A stretch of 64,000 nucleotides of DNA from IMG/VR virus record IMGVR_UViG_3300027833_000015, positions 89,884 through 153,883 of that record; one strand, given 5' to 3'. The DNA is from a virus. Shown in pieces: positions 9,314 to 17,668 of the stretch (position 1 is its first letter; the number at the start of each line of letters is the position of its first letter). The position numbers were made by a program, and so were the translations under genes. The notes beneath the pieces were generated by a model that saw only the letters and a program-made list of their open reading frames with translations, ran no database searches and had not been told where the DNA came from.

Positions 9314-9861
9314 TTTCGCACCACCACAGTGGACTTCATAAAATACAAAGACTTATCGACGCCAACCTGTTGCGCCATAGACAGGAACTGAGAACTGCTT
9401 CTATCGTTTGGGTGATCTATGGCATGCTTCACCATGTCTGCGTTTCCAGATCTATGCTTCAATAGGACTTCTTCGAACCCAGCATTTTCAGTCAGACAGA
9501 GAAGTCCTTCTGGGGTAAACCTAAAGAAGTCTCCTGGCCAGTCATGAACCTGATACATGAAAGGGGATGACGCGATGAGCATGCCACCTTTATTGAGAAC
9601 TCGGTACGCTTCCTCTACGCACAACCATGGTTTCTTGCAGTGTTCGAGAACCTGATTCATTATAACGCAATCGAAAGACTCGTCTTCGTACGGAAGATCA
9701 TCTGCGCTGACTTCAGGGAATTGCGAGATAGTAACCTCATCAAACTTGGACAACCATTCTTTGGTCTGACCGCTGATCTCGAGGACGGAGTTGTTCGGGT
9801 ATTGGTTGTTTTCGAGAAACGACCCAACAACCCGCATGTACTCGAGTCGAGTCGCTTTCAT
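9310..9861 (-). CDS. Class I SAM methyltransferase (type 11)
   Basis: LPYEDESFDCV, VLEH, AYRVLNKGG, DFFRFT. Confidence 0.85.
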   Translation of the reverse strand: MKATRLEYMRVVGSFLENNQYPNNSVLEISGQTKEWLSKFDEVTISQFPEVSADDLPYEDESFDCVIMNQVLEHCKKPWLCVEEAYRVLNKGGMLIASSPFMYQVHDWPGDFFRFTPEGLLCLTENAGFEEVLLKHRSGNADMVKHAIDHPNDRSSSQFLSMAQQVGVDKSLYFMKSTVVVRK

Positions 9862-10439
9862 GCAATTCTCTCGATGACAGTACATCCACACTTTCCGAGA
9901 GGAAGATCAGCAACAACCTTCCATGTGTTGGGTTGCACCTTTTCGATAAACTGGGTCACAACCATGAACAGTTCCCTGCCCTTTTGGTTCACGTCATGGA
10001 ATGCAATCCTTTTTGAAACACTGCTGGCGTGAAGCATGAGTTCGTTCATCAGATAAACTGGATCGTGTAGACTGTCGATGTGCAGAAAGTCGCAGGGAGT
10101 AACGGAAGCGGTGTCTGTTGAACTCATCTCAAGTAGCGTGACCGTCTTACCAGAAGACTCTGCATAATCGTCGACAAACTTCTGCACAGATTGCCGATAC
10201 TTGTTGTATGAAATGTCAACACCGACAACTTCTTCTACGCCATCCAGCGCGAGGAACATGGCGAATGTACCGCCTTGCCATACGCCCAACTCTTTCACAA
10301 CGGCACAACCAGTGGCATACTCTGCGAGCATTTTGTCACGATCGTTTTCATATACGTTGTGGGACATACAGTGTTGTAGTCTGACTTCGAAGCAATCTTC
10401 GAGGGTCTTGCACTTTGAATAATCTAATGGTGCTGCCAT
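9858..10439 (-). CDS. SAM methyltransferase (Methyltransf_24-like)
   Basis: ELGVWQG, DFLHIDSLH, IAFHDV. Confidence 0.75.
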   Translation of the reverse strand: MAAPLDYSKCKTLEDCFEVRLQHCMSHNVYENDRDKMLAEYATGCAVVKELGVWQGGTFAMFLALDGVEEVVGVDISYNKYRQSVQKFVDDYAESSGKTVTLLEMSSTDTASVTPCDFLHIDSLHDPVYLMNELMLHASSVSKRIAFHDVNQKGRELFMVVTQFIEKVQPNTWKVVADLPLGKCGCTVIERIA

Positions 10440-10447
10440 GGTAGTAC

Positions 10448-11233
10448 CTATATTTGACTCATTAATGTATCGACGTCTTCACCGCGATCAGGCAGTTTGT
10501 TCTTGAGGAAGAAGTGTACGAAATATGCATTAACTATGCTTTTTTCAGTCACACCATTATATAGTGCGTTGAATTTCCACTCCATATCCTGCACCTGCAA
10601 TGGGACTTTCTTCACCCACCAGTTGAGCAGGGTCTGGTCGGTCGACCATTTCCACGCACCGTCACCGTCTACAAATCGTTTGAACTCGACTCGGTTCAAG
10701 AACTCTCGAGCGTTCTGTCCTTTGAAGTGTTTGACGATTGACTTGTTCATAACAATCATGCCCATGTTATAGAACTTCGCGCCAAGGGTGTTCCATTGCC
10801 AATCAACGTCAGACAAATTGCTATACTGCATGCGCGAGTAGTTGTATATCTTCTGCGCGTACTCGGGTGTGATCGGCATTTCTCTTTCAGCACAAGCACC
10901 GAAGTCGTATGCATAACTATCAAAGTGCTCGAAGATGTTTGGCGCGTCTGGACGAATGTAGATGTCTGCGTCGATTATCGCAATGTCGTCGAATCGATAG
11001 AAGTAATCGAATGCGTTTTCTTTTTCAAAGATGGGGAGATACCCACCGTATTTCTTGTAGGATTCAGTAGACCTATTCGTGGCGAATATGTCGGGGCATA
11101 TCCGAAGGATAGGTTGACGTTGTACGATGTGTTCGATGCCATACTTCTTGCAGTAGTTGGCAACAGAATCTATGCAGTGTTCGTAGAGTTTAGACTTTGG
11201 TCCAACCGCGACTTGATATATCATTTGCTTCAT
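10448..11233 (-). CDS. GT-A glycosyltransferase (GT8/GT34-like)
   Basis: IIDADI, YNMGMIV, TDQTLLN, FVHFF. Confidence 0.8.
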   Translation of the reverse strand: MKQMIYQVAVGPKSKLYEHCIDSVANYCKKYGIEHIVQRQPILRICPDIFATNRSTESYKKYGGYLPIFEKENAFDYFYRFDDIAIIDADIYIRPDAPNIFEHFDSYAYDFGACAEREMPITPEYAQKIYNYSRMQYSNLSDVDWQWNTLGAKFYNMGMIVMNKSIVKHFKGQNAREFLNRVEFKRFVDGDGAWKWSTDQTLLNWWVKKVPLQVQDMEWKFNALYNGVTEKSIVNAYFVHFFLKNKLPDRGEDVDTLMSQI

Positions 11234-11242
11234 TTACTTCCC

Positions 11243-12781
11243 TCAAGATGTCCATACATTGACACCGTATCTCATAGTGAAATCTTTTGCATCGTGCTCA
11301 TCGTTTACCATGGGCATCCCGCGTATGTTCAGAGAAGTATTTAGCAACATCGGAACACCTGTCCTTTTGTAGTAGCATTCGATGACTTGACGAAAGACGG
11401 ACTGACAATCCTTCGGGACTAACTGTACCCTGCCTGTACCATCAACGTGGGTGACGGATTTATAGTCGTGCTTGGCAATTGCGCAGTATTGCATCCACTG
11501 ATTCATCGGTCCAGAGAAATATTCTTCTGCGTGTTCCTCGAGTATAGCAGGAGCAAACGGACGAAACTCTTGTCTCCGTTTGATTCTATTCACAGTCCCT
11601 TGTACGTCATACCGCACATCTGCTATCAGGGATCGGTTGCCGTATGCGCGTGTGCTGAACTCTGCGCGACCGTTGGCGATACCACAGACTTTATTCTTCA
11701 TCAGGTCATCAACAACTTTCTCTGGGTCAAGATCGCCTTCAATATTGTATCCCAGAAACGGACTCGTCCAGTTGAGTCGGTCAATGCCAGTGTCTTGCAT
11801 CAACTTCCAACCTGCTGCTCCCAAAGAGGCACCGCCATCTCCAGGGTTCACGTCAACCCACACATCATCAAACAACTCTTGTACGCGAGTGTTCGCCACG
11901 ATGTTTTGCGCAACGCCACCAGAGTAACACAGGTGTGTGCCGTACTTTCTCGCTTCACGCATTATATCAAGGATCATTTCCTCAACTGCGTACTGTAGTG
12001 ATGCTGCTGCATCTGGTATACTTTTACATTCTCTAATCAGCATGCTGACAATGGCGCGGAGTGGTTGCAGTTTAAACGCATACATCCGCTGCCAGTCTAT
12101 TTCTATTTTTTCTGTTGGATCTATGCCAACGGTGCATTCGAACATGTCATACACTTTCTCCCAATGAGTCGGTTCACCATAACTGGCGAGACCCATGACC
12201 ACATACTCATCCTCATTTGCCTTGAGGTTCATTTCAGGAATTTCGGTAGTGAAGAATGCGTAGAGATATCCAATTGATTTCGGAAATGTCATTTGCCAGA
12301 CAAGTTTGAGATCGGAGTTGTATATTGCAGCAGAACGATATTCTCCGACACCATCGATAACCACGGTGACGCAATCACTTCGCTTGAAGTGCTCGGGTCT
12401 GGTCATAAAGGCACCACAACCGTGGGACATATGGTGTTCGTTGGAAACTACGTTGGTTATGCTTCGGTGAAAATTCCAAGGCATGGTCTGACTGAGGACT
12501 TCGCCTGTCCACTTGTGGTGTTCCTTAACGAAACCTCTCCTGAATTCCTCACGTTTCTCCCAATCATCATTGAGTACCACCCAAATATTTGGATCTAGGT
12601 CAGCAATGATTTCGGTTCCACAGGTATCGATCCACTGTTGGGTGGGAATTAACCAGTCGTGTTTTTTCTTCGTGTAGCGTTCAGAAAGCGAGGCAAATTC
12701 TATATTGCCCTTATCATCTATGCATGTAACTCCTGCATCGTGTAGAGTAAATCCACCGACGCCCACATACTTCTTGCCCAT
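11243..12781 (-). CDS. O-carbamoyltransferase (NodU/CmcH family)
   Basis: HDAG, EHHMSH, IDGVGE, MGLASYG, SGGVAQN, GNRSL, FRPFAP, HVDGT, LNTSLN. Confidence 0.95.
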   Translation of the reverse strand: MGKKYVGVGGFTLHDAGVTCIDDKGNIEFASLSERYTKKKHDWLIPTQQWIDTCGTEIIADLDPNIWVVLNDDWEKREEFRRGFVKEHHKWTGEVLSQTMPWNFHRSITNVVSNEHHMSHGCGAFMTRPEHFKRSDCVTVVIDGVGEYRSAAIYNSDLKLVWQMTFPKSIGYLYAFFTTEIPEMNLKANEDEYVVMGLASYGEPTHWEKVYDMFECTVGIDPTEKIEIDWQRMYAFKLQPLRAIVSMLIRECKSIPDAAASLQYAVEEMILDIMREARKYGTHLCYSGGVAQNIVANTRVQELFDDVWVDVNPGDGGASLGAAGWKLMQDTGIDRLNWTSPFLGYNIEGDLDPEKVVDDLMKNKVCGIANGRAEFSTRAYGNRSLIADVRYDVQGTVNRIKRRQEFRPFAPAILEEHAEEYFSGPMNQWMQYCAIAKHDYKSVTHVDGTGRVQLVPKDCQSVFRQVIECYYKRTGVPMLLNTSLNIRGMPMVNDEHDAKDFTMRYGVNVWTS

Positions 12782-13152
12782 TACTTATCACCATCTCCGC
12801 TTGATCGAGTGTACAGACCAAACCATGCTGCACCTGCTCCGACAACTGTACTTATAAGACCTGCTTGGGCGAGGTCTGGAGAGTCGAGTTCCATGAACCA
12901 CATTGTAGAGAAGTATAACAGAACCATATACACGGAGATGAATGCTCGCGGAAATAGACGCCATGCGTCGATAGTCTTTGCTGCGTGTACCCATTTCTGC
13001 CATGGGTTGATCGCATGTTCCATTTTCAGTTCGCGGATCTGATCTTTGAGATCGGAGTTCTCATGTAAGATCGCCATGAACCTGTCGAGGTCAACTTCGA
13101 CCTCGTTGCGATCAAAGTCGCCATGGAAATGCTGTTTCTTATCAGGCACCAA
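12781..13152 (-). CDS. Two-TM membrane protein, holin candidate
   Basis: Two hydrophobic helices after DAWRLFPR; overlaps the endolysin gene. Confidence 0.5.
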   Translation of the reverse strand: MVPDKKQHFHGDFDRNEVEVDLDRFMAILHENSDLKDQIRELKMEHAINPWQKWVHAAKTIDAWRLFPRAFISVYMVLLYFSTMWFMELDSPDLAQAGLISTVVGAGAAWFGLYTRSSGDGDK

Positions 13153-13606
13153 GGTACTCCATTCGAATCATCAGGCGTTCTGCTCTCTGACCAACCTGCT
13201 TGTACCAGCGAGAGTCCCTTCCCTCTTTCCCTGCTTCGTTCCAGTCTTGTCGAGCGATTGCTGCGTTCATCTTCCTGAACTTTGACAACCGTGTGCGTCC
13301 GAGGTTGAACATCATGTTGACAAGTATTGCCTTTAGTTCACCGCTGAACTCCCACCACTCTGAACCATACAGCGCAGCACATTCCATCTCTGCTTCACCG
13401 ATGTCATGATCGAAACACTCATCAACCCTGTCTGCGTCGACGTCTGTTCCTGCTGGCCAGTTGTACTCTGGGTCTGTCTCAAGCACAAGGTGTCCGATAC
13501 CAAACGTCTTGTGACCCAGCGAGTCGATGTATATCTCTTCAACTCTACCTTCGTCCCACTCAAGGTCTTGTCGGAGTTTTGTCATATTAATTGTTGGGCA
13601 TGTCAT
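13142..13606 (-). CDS. e: Endolysin, T4 lysozyme family (GH24)
   Basis: DEG...YIDSLGHKTFGIGHL catalytic pattern, NMMFNLG, SRWYKQ. Confidence 0.92.
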   Translation of the reverse strand: MTCPTINMTKLRQDLEWDEGRVEEIYIDSLGHKTFGIGHLVLETDPEYNWPAGTDVDADRVDECFDHDIGEAEMECAALYGSEWWEFSGELKAILVNMMFNLGRTRLSKFRKMNAAIARQDWNEAGKEGRDSRWYKQVGQRAERLMIRMEYLGA

Positions 13607-14316
13607 TATTTCGATTCCTTTGCAAGCATCTCTTTCGTCATTATATAGTCACGAACGAAGTCCGACCGTATAATGTCCTGCCAACCAAACTCTACGATAG
13701 TGAAGTTCTTCATGACTTCGAGTATGCGTAGAAATTGATGTATACCGTTCTTGTCTCCCTGCTTGACAAAGTCAGACTGGTAGTAGTCACCTGCAAACAT
13801 AATCCTTGAGTCTATACCAATCCTTGTTACGACTGAGTCGAGTTCATGGAATGTTAAGTTCTGCATTTCGTCAACGACTATGATAGCATTGTCGAATGTT
13901 GTACCACGGATAAAGGATGTAGAGTGAAACTCAATTATGCCTTGCTCGACCAATTGATTGTACGACCCACCCTGCCCGAACATATCGTTTGTTAGTGACA
14001 TGTATGGAGTGATGAATGGTAGGAGTTTCTCTTCTGCTGTTCCAGGGAGGAAACCTACTTCTCTTGTTGGTACCACTGATCGTATAATGTGAATCTTCTC
14101 CCAAGGAGTAGACTTATCCATTACGTCTTGTAGAGCAAGGTACAATGCAGTGAACGTCTTACCTGTTCCTGCTGAACCACTCAGTACCAAATGGTCGCCT
14201 TCTTTCCATGCGTCCCTTGCCTTCTTTTGATTATCTGTTAGTGCTTCAAACGTACCAAGGTCTTCGATCTTTAACCTACGAGGAGAGTCGTGGCGATGTC
14301 TCTTTGTTGATTGCAT
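13606..14316 (-). CDS. phoH: PhoH-family ATPase
   Basis: GSAGTGKT, GFLPG, FIRGTT, VDEMQN, GDYYQSD. Confidence 0.95.
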   Translation of the reverse strand: MQSTKRHRHDSPRRLKIEDLGTFEALTDNQKKARDAWKEGDHLVLSGSAGTGKTFTALYLALQDVMDKSTPWEKIHIIRSVVPTREVGFLPGTAEEKLLPFITPYMSLTNDMFGQGGSYNQLVEQGIIEFHSTSFIRGTTFDNAIIVVDEMQNLTFHELDSVVTRIGIDSRIMFAGDYYQSDFVKQGDKNGIHQFLRILEVMKNFTIVEFGWQDIIRSDFVRDYIMTKEMLAKESK

Positions 14317-14318
14317 TG

Positions 14319-14552
14319 TCAGACCTTTATTGTGTTGCCGCGACCAGAATACTTCTTGGTCTGTTTAAGAATATCCTTCCATCCATCAGAAGTTTGTTTG
14401 AGAGTACCACCAACATGTGTTACTAACATAGGGGATCTCTTGTGCAGTATTTCTACTTCACCTGTATCAATCTTTTCTTTTATAGAAGAATACGAACACA
14501 GAAGTTCCTTCTCTTCTCCAGTCTCTATAACTCGAACATCATACAATGGCAT
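14319..14552 (-). CDS. Conserved T4-like small protein (FmdB-like)
   Basis: MPLYD N-terminus, DGWKDIL; usual neighbour of phoH. Confidence 0.65.
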   Translation of the reverse strand: MPLYDVRVIETGEEKELLCSYSSIKEKIDTGEVEILHKRSPMLVTHVGGTLKQTSDGWKDILKQTKKYSGRGNTIKV

Positions 14553-14728
14553 TAAAACAACTCCGATTAAATTTAAAGGTACACCTATAGTTAGTACAAA
14601 CGTTATCTGTAGTATAAGTATTAGTGTGTTGAGAAAGAGTAGAATGTAGCAGGAGGCAGACGATGTTCTTTATTATAAGCATCTCGAGTGAGAAAGCAAC
14701 ACCTTTTGTAAATTATTTTAAAATAGAT

Positions 14729-14782
14729 AAAAAGAGGTGACGTAACCCTGTCCGAAGACAGGGCACGAGATGCGATCACCTC
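14729..14782 (-). terminator. Long terminator hairpin with cUUCGg loop
   Basis: GAGGTGA...CCCTGTC-TTCG-GACAGGG...TCACCTC followed by TTTTT. Confidence 0.75.
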
Positions 14783-14962
14783 CTAATTACTTATCCGATT
14801 AGATTGGAGTTCGAGTTCATTGATGTAGTCATCAAGGAATGCTCGTTTCTTTTCCACCTTATGGGCAAGTTCCTCCTTGCCCTTTCTCGTTAGTTTATGA
14901 ACATAATTCGATAATTCTGCGCTATCCTTGCGCAAACGTTCAAGTTGGTTTGATGTTACCAT
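14783..14962 (-). CDS. Small helical protein (59 aa)
   Basis: Manual ORF MVTSNQLERLRKDSAEL... with GGAG RBS. Confidence 0.65.
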   Translation of the reverse strand: MVTSNQLERLRKDSAELSNYVHKLTRKGKEELAHKVEKKRAFLDDYINELELQSNRISN

Positions 14963-14999
14963 AGGCGACTCCGATCTTAAGATAAGTGTTAAGGACGTG

Positions 15000-15449
15000 T
15001 CATAACAAATTAGGGATTGCCTCCTTCACTCTTTTTACTGTCAACCCTTTGCATGGAGTTTTCTTCGCGACCATGTCGACCAGAATTTCAGCATCTTTTG
15101 GGTGGACAGATTCTAGCATGCCAATAAAGATAGACTCTCTGCGCATAGCATTCATTTGATCTGCTTTGAGTCCCTTGACAAAATATGTTAATTTCATGTT
15201 CTGCTTGTGCCAACTGGAAGGTGCAGTCTCAGCAACCGATGGAGTAAATGGGGGTCTACTATCGGGGAGAAGAAACTGTATCTTTTCGTCGAACACACAA
15301 CGAACGTAATCTGCGAATGAGGTGTATGTTGTAAGGTAGTATCTGATCAGTTCTACCTTCTTAGCAGGTTTGGTTTCACTGCTAATTGATTCAATTATTT
15401 CATACAGTTCAAATCTCTTTGACCTGCCTTGTTGTGTTTCGGTTATCAT
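15000..15449 (-). CDS. Conserved T4-like hypothetical protein
   Basis: RRESIFIGMLESVHPKDAEIL motif. Confidence 0.7.
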   Translation of the reverse strand: MITETQQGRSKRFELYEIIESISSETKPAKKVELIRYYLTTYTSFADYVRCVFDEKIQFLLPDSRPPFTPSVAETAPSSWHKQNMKLTYFVKGLKADQMNAMRRESIFIGMLESVHPKDAEILVDMVAKKTPCKGLTVKRVKEAIPNLL

Positions 15450-15539
15450 AAAAGTTTCCTCATAGTTTTATATAGGACTGGCGGCACGGTTTTCGGTGAA
15501 TCATATACGTCATTATACCTATAGGTTTATCATTTCAAA

Positions 15540-15965
15540 CTATGCTTTCTTATTGACAGAAAGATGCGTTCGATTGATTCTACAGTTGATGATGCCGTTG
15601 TAATAATCATCGTTGTGTAAGACCCCACGGTCGAACTGCTCCTTCGTTTCATAATAAGCACAGTCTCCTTTGGTTGCACATAAGCGAATAATCTCTCGCT
15701 TGAATGCATCTGCGCCATACTGCTCACGCAACTCTTGAACCTTGACTGAACTTCCGAAGTAGTCTTTCCAGTCTGATTCGACCCGAGTGTGCTTCCTGCG
15801 CTTACGGGTCTTGGTGATTGGCAGTGTCTTCTTTCTGTGGAAGAACTTCTTGCCGACATACTTCATGTCAGTGTTCAGTTCCGTTATGACATAGACGAAA
15901 CCAACCCAGTGTTCAAGGGACTCGTACTCTGGCGCAAATTCCTCGCCTTCATAGATCCAGTTCAT
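15540..15965 (-). CDS. GIY-YIG-like endonuclease
   Basis: GFVYVIT...KYVGKK, YFGSS, YYNGII. Confidence 0.75.
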   Translation of the reverse strand: MNWIYEGEEFAPEYESLEHWVGFVYVITELNTDMKYVGKKFFHRKKTLPITKTRKRRKHTRVESDWKDYFGSSVKVQELREQYGADAFKREIIRLCATKGDCAYYETKEQFDRGVLHNDDYYNGIINCRINRTHLSVNKKA

Positions 15966-16087
15966 TGGGCAATAATTGGAGTGCCACACATCGGGCAATA
16001 CTCGGGTTCAGTCCCGTCCATCGAATCAACAATCACTTCGGTGACGGATTCGCAGAGGTCGCACTCTATATTATAGTGGTCATCCAT
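15962..16087 (-). CDS. Small zinc-ribbon protein (41 aa)
   Basis: Manual ORF with CDLC...CPMC, coupled to the next gene. Confidence 0.6.
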   Translation of the reverse strand: MDDHYNIECDLCESVTEVIVDSMDGTEPEYCPMCGTPIIAQ

Positions 16088-16125
16088 TATCATAACTCTT
16101 TTCGTTCATAGTATTATATAGGCAG

Positions 16126-17106
16126 TCACTTAACTGCCCCCCAGACGTTCTTCCAGTCTCCGCTTATCGCGCCACGAGCATAGTCTGTAGACCTGTTCTC
16201 GAAGAAGTTGGTATGTGTTGGTGCGTTGATCATTTCTTCAACCCAGAGCAGTGGATTCTTCTTAACTTTAAAGATCCCCTTCATACCCAAACTGATTAGT
16301 CGACGGTCAGCGATGTAGCGGATATACTTCTTCACTTCTTCTGATGTCAACCCTTCCATTGGACCCATTGCAAACGCAAGGTCGATAAACTTGTCTTCCA
16401 GTTCTACCATGCGCTCAGCAATTGCGTAGATCTTTCCTTTCAGGTCATCGTTCCATATCTCTAGGTTTTCTTCGATGTATGTGCGAAACAGTTTGATCAT
16501 TGACTCAGCGTGCATAGTTTCGTCGACGATAGACCAAGTGACAATCTGTCCCATGCCTTTCATCTTACCATGACGCGGAAAGTTCAGCAACATGATGAAC
16601 GAGGAGAACAACTGCATACCTTCAGTGAATGCGGAGAACGCTGCTATGTTAGTGGCCACTGTTTCTTTCGTGCCGTCATTGGCAGACAGATCCATGAAGT
16701 AGTCGTGCTTCTCGCGCATTGCCTCATACTCGAAGAATTCGTTGTACGTTGACTCGGGCATACCCAGAGTTTCGATTAGGTGCGAGTATGCAGCAACGTG
16801 CAGTGCTTCGCGTGCAGCGAAACCCATAAGCATCATGCGTACTTCAGGTTGTGGGAAGTGTGGCAGGTAGTTGTTGACATAACCACCAGCAACGTCGATG
16901 TCACCCTGCGTGAAGAAGCGAAATATGTTTGTCAGGAAACCCTTCTCTTCTGGAGTAACCTTACGCTGCCAGTCCTTGACATCTTCTGCCATAGCGACTT
17001 CTGTGTGCAACCAATGCGACTGCTCATGCTTCAACCAAGCATCATATGCCCATGGGTAATTGAATGGTTTGAAATATTCTCTTTCGTCTGTCAACTTTAA
17101 CTTCAT
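16126..17106 (-). CDS. nrdB: Ribonucleotide reductase class Ia beta subunit
   Basis: FFTQGD, EALHVAAYS, EGMQLFSSF, DETMH, NFFE. Confidence 0.97.
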   Translation of the reverse strand: MKLKLTDEREYFKPFNYPWAYDAWLKHEQSHWLHTEVAMAEDVKDWQRKVTPEEKGFLTNIFRFFTQGDIDVAGGYVNNYLPHFPQPEVRMMLMGFAAREALHVAAYSHLIETLGMPESTYNEFFEYEAMREKHDYFMDLSANDGTKETVATNIAAFSAFTEGMQLFSSFIMLLNFPRHGKMKGMGQIVTWSIVDETMHAESMIKLFRTYIEENLEIWNDDLKGKIYAIAERMVELEDKFIDLAFAMGPMEGLTSEEVKKYIRYIADRRLISLGMKGIFKVKKNPLLWVEEMINAPTHTNFFENRSTDYARGAISGDWKNVWGAVK

Positions 17107-17666
17107 TCTCTTTCTTCCTTGCTTTTATCTGAAAACCATGCGACTAATACTAATCGCTCTCCTTCGTATACTTTTGAAACTCCGTGTTTCAGGTCTGGAC
17201 CATAAATCAAACTCTCGCCTACGGTCACTGGTAGAACATCTGGGGTTATCTCCCGTCCATAGGGTGGGTGTGTTTCTTCGCCTCCGTTTCTGACGCAGTA
17301 CTCGTTTGATGGTCTTGCTCTTTGGTCGTATCTTTCCATGACAAGAGAGTGGCCACCAACAAGATCGACATCGTCGAGGAGGGTGACTATGGTAAGGTCT
17401 GTGTTGTTATCATGGTGCATTCTCGTAAACGATCCTTTTACATATCGCAGAAAGTATACACCAATACAATGTTTGTGTTTAGAATATTTCATCAAAGTGT
17501 CTAAGAAACCAAACTCGAACTCATCACTAACCTTGAGATCTGCCCTTTCCATATCAAAAAGGTTATACATCTGAAACAATTTAAAGAAATCGAGACTTGC
17601 TGCCAAGTCCCTTGCATCATTCAGTTCTTCCTCAGAAAGAACATTGTCCATTATATATCCTGACAT
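17103..17666 (-). CDS. 2OG-Fe(II) oxygenase
   Basis: HHD...H...R pattern (RMHHD, LKHGVSKV, GERLVLVAW). Confidence 0.8.
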   Translation of the reverse strand: MSGYIMDNVLSEEELNDARDLAASLDFFKLFQMYNLFDMERADLKVSDEFEFGFLDTLMKYSKHKHCIGVYFLRYVKGSFTRMHHDNNTDLTIVTLLDDVDLVGGHSLVMERYDQRARPSNEYCVRNGGEETHPPYGREITPDVLPVTVGESLIYGPDLKHGVSKVYEGERLVLVAWFSDKSKEERE

Positions 17667-17668
17667 AC

